Shown: piece after piece, positions 55,870-64,000 of the stretch
Layout of the letters: each line of letters begins with the position of its first letter
Position numbering within the stretch: the first letter of the stretch is position 1
Assembly: GCA_041657405.1 (NCBI GenBank)
Contig: JBBABX010000001.1
Coordinates: forward strand, 106,316 to 170,315
Reading direction: 5' to 3'
DNA length: 64,000 nt
From: Minisyncoccota bacterium
Lineage (GTDB): Bacteria; Patescibacteriota; Minisyncoccia; Phycocordibacterales; XYD1-FULL-46-19
The notes under the pieces: generated by a model
Databases searched by the model: none
What the model was told of the DNA's origin: nothing
The model's input: the letters and a program-made list of their open reading frames with translations, nothing else
Made by a program: the position numbers and the translations under genes

Positions 55870-57294
55870 ATGAACAAGGAAGCAATCGAATACATACAAA
55901 ATCAAATGAACAGAAGTGAGGACAGGCTTCGCCCGTATGTTTTTGCTACACCTACGTTCACCTTCCCTGAACGCCATGTTGTTATTCGTATTAAAAAGTA
56001 TGTTTCTGATTTTCTTGGAGGGAAACGAGACTTTCGTTGGGTAGTTGTGCCTGGTCTTCGTGGAGTTGGTAAGACAACTGCAATGGCACAAGTCTTTCTT
56101 ACTGCGAAAACAACTCGAACAAAAAGTGACTTTTTATATATGTCTGTTGATGACCTCACTACCAGAGGTCTTTCGTTGAATGATGCTCTGGATGCATACG
56201 AAGTAATTTTAGGAAAACCATTTGAAAAACTAGACAGCCCTGTCTTGATGTTTATTGACGAAGTACAACAAGATCCAAACTGGGCAGCTATTCTTAAATC
56301 ACTTCATGATAGAGCAAGAAATGTATTTCTCTTCTGTACTGGTTCGTCTGCTGTTTCTCTCCAGTCAAACCCTGATGTAGCTAGACGTGCACAATTTGAG
56401 AAATTGTACCCATTGAGTTTTGGTGAGTACGAGATGATTAAAAATAACATCTTTCCGCAAAAGGGTCTTAAAGAAAGAATCAAGGAAGCTTTATACGGTG
56501 CTTCAAATGCAGAGGACGCATATAACAGACTCAAACCATTGGAAGCTTCTGTCGCTTCACAGTGGGCAAAATTTGACCGCTCAAATATAGACGAATATCT
56601 ACTCAATGGTACGTTACCTTTTACGCTCAAAGCAATTACTCCTAACGCCTACGACAACATAAATATTCTACTCGATAGAATTATCGACAAAGACATCAAA
56701 GAGTTGGGGCAGTTTGACGCGGCTACCTTAAGTGCAATAAAACGACTTCTTTTCATAATGGCTGACAGTGACATCATCAGTGTCAACAAAGTGAAAGACA
56801 TCATAAACCTAAGCTACAACACAGTGATGTCCGTGTTGGATGTTCTGGAACGTGCGGAGCTTATTATTAAAGTTCCAGCACAGGGTTCTAAAACAAGCCA
56901 AGCACGCAAACCATCAAAGTATCTGTTTATGAGTCCAGCACTTCGTTCAGCATTGTTGAGTGTGAGTGGTGTAGAGGGTACTTATCTCGCACGCAAAGGG
57001 AAATATTTGGAAGACATCGCAGGGCTACACTTCTATCGAGAATTTGTTGCTCCACGTATTGGCTCTCTTACCCACGACCCAACACAAGGGAGTGCTGATT
57101 TCATTTTACAGATAGCCGACAAGAAACAGTTAGCGTTTGAAATGGGACTTGGTAGAAAGGGTTATGACCAAGTCAAAACAACAATGGGAAACTTCAAGAT
57201 TGATTTTGGAGTGGTTGTTTGTGCAACTGACCTCATGCTTTCAAGAGAAGATAATGTTCTCAAACTACCATTGGACTATTTCCTATTGATGTAA
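55870..57294 (+). CDS. AAA+ ATPase of the AAA_14 + DUF4143 architecture
   Basis: Walker A VVPGLRGVGKTTAM, Walker B LMFIDEVQQDPNW, ...FCTGSSA...; GC-rich. Confidence 0.65.
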   Translation: MNKEAIEYIQNQMNRSEDRLRPYVFATPTFTFPERHVVIRIKKYVSDFLGGKRDFRWVVVPGLRGVGKTTAMAQVFLTAKTTRTKSDFLYMSVDDLTTRGLSLNDALDAYEVILGKPFEKLDSPVLMFIDEVQQDPNWAAILKSLHDRARNVFLFCTGSSAVSLQSNPDVARRAQFEKLYPLSFGEYEMIKNNIFPQKGLKERIKEALYGASNAEDAYNRLKPLEASVASQWAKFDRSNIDEYLLNGTLPFTLKAITPNAYDNINILLDRIIDKDIKELGQFDAATLSAIKRLLFIMADSDIISVNKVKDIINLSYNTVMSVLDVLERAELIIKVPAQGSKTSQARKPSKYLFMSPALRSALLSVSGVEGTYLARKGKYLEDIAGLHFYREFVAPRIGSLTHDPTQGSADFILQIADKKQLAFEMGLGRKGYDQVKTTMGNFKIDFGVVVCATDLMLSREDNVLKLPLDYFLLM

Positions 57295-57339
57295 TTCCTA
57301 TCCCTACTAAATAAGTTTATCTGAGGGTGTCGTGGATGT

Positions 57340-59104
57340 TCACGAGCCTTTTTTATTTGTGGTTGTGCCTTTATACATACCTGGATTAGCAACAAGCAAA
57401 TCACGGCTCCGCTCATGCTGACTCAATGTTTTGATATGCAATATAAGTCTCATGTTGTCCTGCTGTGAAACAGGCTCGATGTGTTTATCACTCATCACAC
57501 GTGTCGAAACGGGAAACCTAAAGAATACCTCGGCATAGTTCTTCTTAGGGAATAGGTTAATCCTCTCAATGAACAAACGAAGTATGTACTGCTTATCCTC
57601 GTAGCTGACGTTTTCCAGTCTCGTCTTGATTTGCTCGTACAACTTTTTAAGCACAACCCCTCTATCTTTCCGTTCGTCACGTTTAATGAGTACCTGTTCA
57701 AACTTAGCTTTCTGATTCTCCATTGCTTCAATGTTCTCGTTACACTCCTTTAAGTGTTGCTCACATTCTTTCTCTGGAAGACTCTTAAACATGAAAGCTC
57801 TGGTAATTCGAGCACGTTGCTCTAGGAGTGATTTGATTTGCTTCTCACACTGAGCAATTTTCTCATTTGCTTTTTCTGCACTTGAATTCTTGAATGTGTA
57901 CTCTTCCAGTTTCGGTATGACATTCTCAGGGTCTTTAAGTATGGAAACGAGACACTCCCAAATCGGCTCGAGTCGTGTCTCGGCGTACTGATATCGTACA
58001 AATTTATTCTCTGGATTATTCGCGTTCTCTAACATATGTGTGATAGTACTTTCCTAGTGTCCGTGAGTCCTTTCCAACTTTTGGAGTTTGGTACCCACTT
58101 TGCAACTTGTTACCTGTCTCTCCACAATAAAGGAGTGTTGAGTACAGGTATGGTCTCTTTGTGTTTCGCTTTGAGTTCTCTCGATTCTTTTTGAGTTGCT
58201 GTATTGAAGCCTGAAACATTTCCTTACTAATGATCTGCGGAACTTTAATTGGTATCCATTCTTCTTCTGGTCTCTGATGTTCTTCTTCAAGTACAGCGTC
58301 AAGATACTTAAATGGTCTCTTGTACTTCCTGTAGTAGAAATCTCCTGTGTATACCTCGTTAACCAAAAGACGATTTATGCTCCGCTTCCACCAGTAGTTA
58401 AACGTCTTACGTTTTTTCTGGGTGTTGTGTTTTGGAGCCGGCATTTCCAATTGATTTGCTCGCTTCGTAATCTCAGTGAGTGAGCAACGCTCGTACACAA
58501 GCCAGTGGTAGAACTGCTTCACGACCTCAGCTTCCTCTGGAATGATTTCCAATTGCTTAGTCTTCTTATCTACCTTATAGCCATAGGGAGGAACGCCAGT
58601 GACCCACTTGTTGTCTCGTGCCGCCTGTTCACGTCCTCCACTCATTCGTTCCCTAATAACTTCACGTTCAAGCTCTGCAAGACTCCCCAACATTTGAAGT
58701 ACGAATCTTCCGTTTGGTGTACTGGTATCAAATGATTCAGTAGCCGACTTGAATTCAATATCAAGTTCGAGAAGTTTCTCAACAGCGTCTAGGAGCTTTC
58801 TGGTACTCCTAAAAAATCTGTCTAGACGATACACAATAACGATGTCGAACTTCTTTGCCTTTGCGTCCTCAAACAATTTCTTCAATCCGTCACGTTTCTC
58901 AATCGCCAGTGAGCCAGATTTACCCTCATCTCCGTATGTGAGTATATTTTCAATATCATACGAATCAGGTTGGCTCTCGCAGAACTTCTGCAAGCGTTCC
59001 TTTTGTACTTTGATTCCATACTTATCATCCTTTGCTTGCTCATCAGTAGAAACTCGTGTGTACAATGCAACTCTCTTCTTTTGTATATTTAACTCAGTCA
59101 TCAT
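57340..59104 (-). pseudogene. large serine recombinase (resolvase catalytic domain + recombinase domain + coiled-coil) interrupted by a 1-nt frameshift at ~58016-58035
   Basis: N-terminus RVALYTRVSTDEQ (catalytic Ser); ORFs 58016..59104 (362 aa) and 57340..58035 (231 aa, coiled-coil) overlap by 20 nt in different frames; combined ~590 aa is typical for this family. Confidence 0.7.
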
Positions 59105-59108
59105 TACA

Positions 59109-59360
59109 TTACTTATTGATTACACCCCTAAAGATTCTGCGTAGATGACGTGTTAGCAACATGCGATACATCCGCTTGATGTTGGGAAGCAATTTTTTTG
59201 ACATAGATTGATTTTTAATATCGATACAGATATTTTTCTCATTAACTGGTAAATTGTGTTTGTTACAATATTCAAGCAAAGACGCTTTCTGCCCCTCCGC
59301 TTCTTCATTAGTAGATGTACGTATGTACAATGCTACATTGGGATTTTTTACATTAGTCAT
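59109..59360 (-). pseudogene. second serine recombinase, N-terminal catalytic fragment only (83 aa)
   Basis: NVALYIRTSTNEEAEGQKASLLEYC... parallels the resolvase catalytic motif; truncated after ~80 aa; directly upstream of the large recombinase. Confidence 0.5.
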
Positions 59361-59571
59361 AATTTTTTTGGTTAAATCTCACTACCAGTCGTCCGTCCTT
59401 GCTCTTTACGTAGAATTTCTTTGATTTAGGAAACCCTGACTCAATGAGCAAGTTCCTGACGAAGCTTTCTGGTGTGAATCTTTTAATTTTGCGATTGGTT
59501 TGTTTTTTCATATTCCTATAAAACGCTGTATTTAAGCCATTTATAGGACATATTAGATACGGATAGGACAA
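59353..59571 (-). CDS. hypothetical basic 72-aa protein
   Basis: ORF only. Confidence 0.3.
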   Translation of the reverse strand: MSYPYLICPINGLNTAFYRNMKKQTNRKIKRFTPESFVRNLLIESGFPKSKKFYVKSKDGRLVVRFNQKNYD

Positions 59572-59839
59572 CTAAGTACAGGTAAGTACAACTATTAGCT
59601 GTCTATAACTTTTCTGAAAATCGCGCGTGCAGACCCCTTTCTACTTTCTGGCAAAGAAAATAAATGAATTCCTGCCTGGCTCATTTCAAACTACATATCC
59701 AGCAAACAAACCATTTTGTAATTTATCTTTTAATTAATAATTATCTTTTGTCTGAATCACTGTGAGTATACTTTGTGCCTTTTTACGTGAATCTCCCTGA
59801 TACAACTTTGAATCACCCTGATTCACGTGACCGTACTCA

Positions 59840-60526
59840 CTACAAGACTATCTTTGACCGTTCTACGTCCTGAGTCCTCTGCATGAATGACACTAGCTTT
59901 GACCACTTTTGCTCAAGATCAACTGGAGAACCAATCACTGGAGCATACTTCTTGCCATTCGTTACCTGCACAAGACCGATAACTTGTTCAACCATTTCAA
60001 TTCCGTAGTGTTCTACTAACTTCTCGATTGCTTTGACTTGTCTCCTATCTCTCTTTAAGTCATCCGTCCTGTGTTGAGCAACTGACCGAAACATTTCTAT
60101 CAACCTGTCTGCCACAATGTTTACGACTTCTGGTTCCTGTTCCACGTCACTCTCCAACACAAGACTTATTTCATTCGTTTTGTACTTTGACCTCTTCACA
60201 CTAATGAATCCTTTCTCCTCAAGACTTACCAACACCCTCGGCACTTGAGCCTTGCTCACACCCGAACCTTTGTTTCTTGAACCTATACCAGTCACAAACT
60301 GACTAATACTTATCTTGTCCGTGGTTCGTTGGAATCCAAGTGTCTGCCTGAGAATGAAGTCCAAACACTTCTGTTCGACTCCACTGAGTGAGTGCCAGTA
60401 CGATTCAAGGATGGTTGGATACTTGAAGAAGTCTCGCTTGTACTCTTTTTTGAATCCGGGGAATCTCGTATTCTGTTCATTTTCTTTTTCCATAAATTCA
60501 AGACAGTACACACCCTGTTCCGCCAA
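59840..60526 (-). CDS. phage replication protein O-like / replisome-organiser-like wHTH protein
   Basis: ...QKCLDFILRQTLGFQRTTDKISISQFVTGIGSRNKGSGVSKAQVPRVLVSLEEKGFISVKR fits the Phage_rep_O N-terminal pattern (kv.l.i.r.t.Gw.k..d.iS.sq......G.s......al..L.e.G.I). Confidence 0.45.
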   Translation of the reverse strand: MAEQGVYCLEFMEKENEQNTRFPGFKKEYKRDFFKYPTILESYWHSLSGVEQKCLDFILRQTLGFQRTTDKISISQFVTGIGSRNKGSGVSKAQVPRVLVSLEEKGFISVKRSKYKTNEISLVLESDVEQEPEVVNIVADRLIEMFRSVAQHRTDDLKRDRRQVKAIEKLVEHYGIEMVEQVIGLVQVTNGKKYAPVIGSPVDLEQKWSKLVSFMQRTQDVERSKIVL

Positions 60527-60854
60527 GCATTACTGTAGTATCTGTCTGAGGTGTGTGAACTATTAGAGCAGTTTTGATCTCAGATATGTGTCCTTGAAGG
60601 CTCTCTCGCTCGATGATTTGAATCATGATTGGATTATCTTTGTCTCCACCCACTTTATGCTTATGTGCTTTTGATTCCTCAATAATGTAGTGGAGCGTTT
60701 CCTTAAATTCACTTGTCTCAATGGCTGATTTAATAGGCGAATCGATAAACATTGATGTCAGCATTGGCAGTGATTTTTTAATTTCGTTTAGCTCCGCCAT
60801 TTCCTCCACTTTTTTTGTGGTAACAAATGGACTTAGTATTGGTTCTTTTTTCAT
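60498..60854 (-). CDS. hypothetical protein (118 aa)
   Basis: ORF only. Confidence 0.3.
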   Translation of the reverse strand: MKKEPILSPFVTTKKVEEMAELNEIKKSLPMLTSMFIDSPIKSAIETSEFKETLHYIIEESKAHKHKVGGDKDNPIMIQIIERESLQGHISEIKTALIVHTPQTDTTVMLGGTGCVLS

Positions 60855-61091
60855 TTTGTTTTGATTTATTACTTGTTAATTCTTTAGGATTCGACTTTCT
60901 GTTTTGTGCCCAGTCGAAGAAAAGCTCCCACGATGTGTCGTGTTCAACCTGAGTTTCTTCTGCTGTAATAAAAAATCGCTCCATATGTGGAACGATAACC
61001 TAAAATACTTGACCTGTTTAATTTTCTATTTTATAAAAATAACCACCTTTTCCAGCTATTGTTCACCTAATCACTCACCTAACGCACTCAG

Positions 61092-61862
61092 TTAGCTTTT
61101 TTTGACAGAATCGTTATCCACCTTTCTTCTTGTCCCTGTTCGATAATTCAAACTCTTTCGTTTCTGTATATTTGAAATCTTCGCCCAACCTCCATGTCCC
61201 TCAGTCCATGCAAGAATGTTTAGGAAAGTATTTTTACCTTCATCTTTTATCACCGAAAATGAAATCACCCCTTTACCTTCTAAAGCCTCTCTAATCTTTT
61301 TACTTGGTTCGCTGTCTGTCCAGAACAAAATCATTTTTCCAGAGATTCCCACGGCGTCAGGAATCCGCTTGATATCCGATGAGTTTATTTTTTCATTGCC
61401 TATAACAAAATTTCCATCCTTGATAGTGCTCACGATAATGACTGCTCCGTGTGTTTTAGTAGTCTTTCCCAACGTCCCCATGAAATCCCTTTTTGAATCC
61501 CTTGAAAGTAAATCGACACGCACACCCTTAGACTCCAGAGCATCTCTTAGCTTTTTCGCTTTATCCAAATGTCCTACTGAGACGATACTTACAAACTTTT
61601 CAGTAAGACGTCCGTCACCAGCTCGAACCTTTTTGAAATCTTTAAGTTCGCCCTTATCAAATTTATCCAAAAAGTTGAGAACATTCTTGTGAGCTATCAC
61701 ATAACGCTTGTCCCTACTGCCAGAGCCACGCATTTTGGGTAGAAAGATCTCTTCATACGCATTAACATATTTTCGTATTGTCGCTTTATTCCTCCACGGC
61801 AATAACCCAGAATCAGCCAGTTCACTTAGAGTGTAGACTTCTTTTTGCTTTTTATTACTCAC
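61092..61862 (-). CDS. hypothetical protein with N-terminal HTH-like segment
   Basis: YTLSELADSGLLPWRNKATIRKYVN resembles an excisionase/MerR-type HTH; the rest is unassigned. Confidence 0.4.
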   Translation of the reverse strand: MSNKKQKEVYTLSELADSGLLPWRNKATIRKYVNAYEEIFLPKMRGSGSRDKRYVIAHKNVLNFLDKFDKGELKDFKKVRAGDGRLTEKFVSIVSVGHLDKAKKLRDALESKGVRVDLLSRDSKRDFMGTLGKTTKTHGAVIIVSTIKDGNFVIGNEKINSSDIKRIPDAVGISGKMILFWTDSEPSKKIREALEGKGVISFSVIKDEGKNTFLNILAWTEGHGGWAKISNIQKRKSLNYRTGTRRKVDNDSVKKS

Positions 61863-61984
61863 TCACTAATGATAAACAAAACTCGCCAAAATGACGAGTT
61901 TTACGTTTGTGGTAAGTAAACCACACACCTGACCCTTTCCATACCTCTAAGAGTGTCTGAGGGACTCTGGTATTGGTAGATATC

Positions 61985-62464
61985 CTACTGCGAACCTACA
62001 GAAATTGACCCTGAACCACTTTTGACCACCTGACCATTAACTTTGGCAGTAAACGAAAATGTCTTAATTCCGTTCATTCCATGCACAGAAGTTGGGCCTG
62101 TGTTGATGTCAAAGTAGACACTTGTACCAAGACCAGGAGCTATTGCCTGACTCGATGAGAATGTTTTGTCATAGACCGAGCCTCCCTCTGCGTTTATGAG
62201 GTCAATGTTCACATCACCAGCGAAAGGTTCGTTGTCATTGTTTTTAATATTGAAAAAGTATCTGTACTTACCACCAACCTCTTTAACGTTTTGACTGGTA
62301 ACGGAAATATTTTTTTGTTCCTGTGTGACTTCTGGTGTTGATTTTATTTTCTCGTTAGAAGAAAACAAACTCACTACCGTAACCACTGCAACTATTAAAA
62401 GAAGTCCAAAGAAAAGACCTTTTAGGAATTTCCAAATTCCAGAAAGTATTTGATTTTTATTCAT
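61985..62464 (-). CDS. secreted or membrane-anchored protein (159 aa)
   Basis: N-terminal TM/signal LKGLFFGLLLIVAVVTVVSLF. Confidence 0.4.
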   Translation of the reverse strand: MNKNQILSGIWKFLKGLFFGLLLIVAVVTVVSLFSSNEKIKSTPEVTQEQKNISVTSQNVKEVGGKYRYFFNIKNNDNEPFAGDVNIDLINAEGGSVYDKTFSSSQAIAPGLGTSVYFDINTGPTSVHGMNGIKTFSFTAKVNGQVVKSGSGSISVGSQ

Positions 62465-62694
62465 ATGTTGTGCCTAACGATTTGTAATGTCTGGTGGACA
62501 AACAAAAATCCGGCCACCAGGAAGGCTCCGAAGAACCTCTACAGAAGTTTCCCTCTGCAACGTTAGGCACGCCCTGAATGACCGGGTTTTTGTGCCTAAC
62601 GATTTCGACCATACCTTACAGAAAATCCATAAGGGTTAGGTCATTCAATATTCAGTTGTAACTACATGGTATTACTTTCGGAGTAAGAAGTAAA

Positions 62695-63309
62695 TCAACT
62701 CAAAGAATCTTCTACCATTTCCACAAGTTGAGGTAATGTTTTGATTGAACCTGATTGTGTGTATTCAATTTTCTTTGTGTTGCTATTCCACACCATTACA
62801 CCGAGCTTGTGGGTGATGGTTTGTCCATCAATCATGCGGACTATTTCAGTAAGGTCTTTATCAGCATCCAGTATGATTGAAAACTCTTGGCTTACAGAAT
62901 TATCCACGTTCATGAGTACACCATAACGTGACTTTGAGACTAGGCAATATCCAATTAATTGAGAAAGTTCTGTCAAACCAATCCGCTTTGTTTTCTTTAT
63001 TTCAAAAATAAGCACTTCAAATTTACCGTTCTGTTTGTTCTCTAATATAATTGATATGTCGAGATGAAGTCGATGAACATTCTTTCCGTACTCCTTCAAA
63101 GCTTCTCCTGCTTGGTATCCGTTCGCGATTAAAGTCGCCATAGCACCACTTATTTCCCCAATCATTGGGTGTACCTCAATCTCCTTGTTTTTTAGATTTG
63201 ATAAAAACACTTCTTTTAATGCAGAAGCAATTTCTGGGTAGTGGTCAACTTCAATTTTTCTTTCATCTTTCAGCATATATTTATTATTTAAGGATGACAC
63301 ATTCAGCAA
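62695..63309 (-). CDS. hypothetical protein, possible PD-(D/E)xK nuclease fold
   Basis: HLDISIILEN...KFEVLIFEIKKTKR gives a D...E-x-K arrangement; weak. Confidence 0.35.
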   Translation of the reverse strand: MLNVSSLNNKYMLKDERKIEVDHYPEIASALKEVFLSNLKNKEIEVHPMIGEISGAMATLIANGYQAGEALKEYGKNVHRLHLDISIILENKQNGKFEVLIFEIKKTKRIGLTELSQLIGYCLVSKSRYGVLMNVDNSVSQEFSIILDADKDLTEIVRMIDGQTITHKLGVMVWNSNTKKIEYTQSGSIKTLPQLVEMVEDSLS

Positions 63310-64000
63310 ATTTCGGCGAGCGAATTTTTAACTGTAGATTGTTTTGAGTAATTAGTGTCTTGTTGAATTTGTCATTGATGTAACCAACTAACGCACTGTT
63401 CGAACCATTTTTTATATGTACACAAGTACCTCGGTTTGGAATTCCAATCTTTATTTCGTTCATCTTAGACACATTTTCCCTAATCAGTTCAGAGTAACTG
63501 CCAAGTATTCTCTTTCCTCTGACTTTTGTTGGATCTGAAGAAGCGAAAACGTAGGCTAGACCTTGTAACAAGTAATTTATTGGGAACCCGTCTTCTGTAG
63601 AATTGCCAAATACAAGAGCATTTTTATTTTTGTCATACAGTGACAATAATCCTGAGACATCTATATTTTCATATGTAAAAATAGTCTTTTGAAGATAGTC
63701 CTCAGATTGTATGATGTTTTCAATCTCTGCAGATGTGCCCTTACTTAAAAGTGTGAATGGAGAAATGTAGCTCTCAAAATTTTGTACTTCGTGCATTCTT
63801 GAAAGAGGTAATCTTAATCCTAGGTGTTCAGCCAAGTGAGTGTAGTGAATGAAATGTAGTCCACGCACTTCAGTTGGAAGCCAGTCTGAATTTTCGTCAA
63901 TATGCAAAGCCGTTCTACCGCCTATATTTGTTTTCTTCCCTGCAGACGTATTAGCTTTTTGTTGCAAACCTTGATTTTCATTAGCTGAAAGCTGTTTTGA
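63284..64000 (-). CDS. hypothetical protein, probably incomplete at window end
   Basis: ORF-track start 63967 is TTG; the frame stays open to position 64000. Confidence 0.35.
   Translation of the reverse strand, partial: SKQLSANENQGLQQKANTSAGKKTNIGGRTALHIDENSDWLPTEVRGLHFIHYTHLAEHLGLRLPLSRMHEVQNFESYISPFTLLSKGTSAEIENIIQSEDYLQKTIFTYENIDVSGLLSLYDKNKNALVFGNSTEDGFPINYLLQGLAYVFASSDPTKVRGKRILGSYSELIRENVSKMNEIKIGIPNRGTCVHIKNGSNSALVGYINDKFNKTLITQNNLQLKIRSPKFAECVILK

Larger units (their letters stand above)
54029..64000. mobile_element. integrated, partly decayed mobile genetic element (prophage/integrative-element remnant) inserted in comM; extends past the window end
   Basis: comM truncation point, GC-richer gene content, serine recombinase genes (one frameshifted, one fragment), replication-initiator-like gene, orphan AAA_14/DUF4143 ATPase. 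Confidence 0.55.

Noticed and set aside
1-64000. CRISPR array / cas genes
   Set aside because: No run of regularly spaced identical direct repeats with unique spacers anywhere. The only multi-copy short motif (33-bp hairpin, 3 copies) has 600-900-bp gene-containing intervals, which is not CRISPR-like.

Overview
Chromosomal window from what is probably a Patescibacteria/CPR-like or similarly streamlined, peptidoglycan-containing bacterium. AT-rich by eye, gene-dense, small proteins. The phylum assignment is inference only.

- 1-30 kb: housekeeping genes. Replication and repair: ruvA, murE, mutM, xth, udg, polA, tsaE, ruvB-yebC-ruvC, tyrS, PBP1A. Three tRNAs: Ser-TGA, Arg, Lys-TTT. An orphan type IV pilus/T2SS ATPase gene (pilB/gspE).
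- ~27.3-29.2 kb: the chromosomal replication origin. Layout is dnaN<-dnaA | oriC | rpmH->rnpA->yidC, with DnaA-box matches and a 66-bp perfect AT-rich palindrome in the dnaA-dnaN spacer.
- 30.3-51.7 kb: a minimal, monoderm-type type IV secretion system-like cluster. Contents: a VirB2/TrbC-like pilin candidate; a VirB3-like membrane protein; a VirB4 ATPase that appears split into two ORFs at a TAA-ATG junction; a VirB6-like polytopic membrane protein; a 1375-aa secreted protein with Gly/Asn-rich ~18-aa repeats and a possible zinc-peptidase motif; a divergent PG-binding protein plus phage-type lysozyme pair; and, after intervening ksgA/pcrA, a TraD/VirD4-like coupling ATPase. No relaxase or VirB11 is seen.
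- 52-53 kb: a LysM-M23 peptidase.
- 53.3 kb to the window end: comM survives only as a 5'-truncated C-terminal remnant, followed by a visibly GC-richer block of foreign-looking genes. These are an AAA+ ATPase (AAA_14/DUF4143-like), a large serine recombinase broken by a frameshift, a second decayed recombinase N-terminal fragment, a replication-protein-O-like wHTH gene, and many hypotheticals. This is most simply an integrated, decaying mobile element inserted in comM. Inside it, three direct copies of a 33-bp imperfect-palindrome motif bracket a divergent two-gene module of unknown function.

Other curiosities: a ~125-bp diverged direct repeat duplicating the 3' end of a GC-rich orphan gene; a ~170-bp unit with 25-bp terminal inverted repeats between pilB and ruvB; a candidate ~270-nt non-coding transcript after tRNA-Lys; a tRNA-Arg whose anticodon reads GCG. 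No CRISPR array was seen.

The ORF track treats TTG/GTG as Met in places. Where I re-anchored a start to an ATG with an RBS, this is noted in the feature evidence. Coordinates I derived by hand may be off by 1-2 nt.
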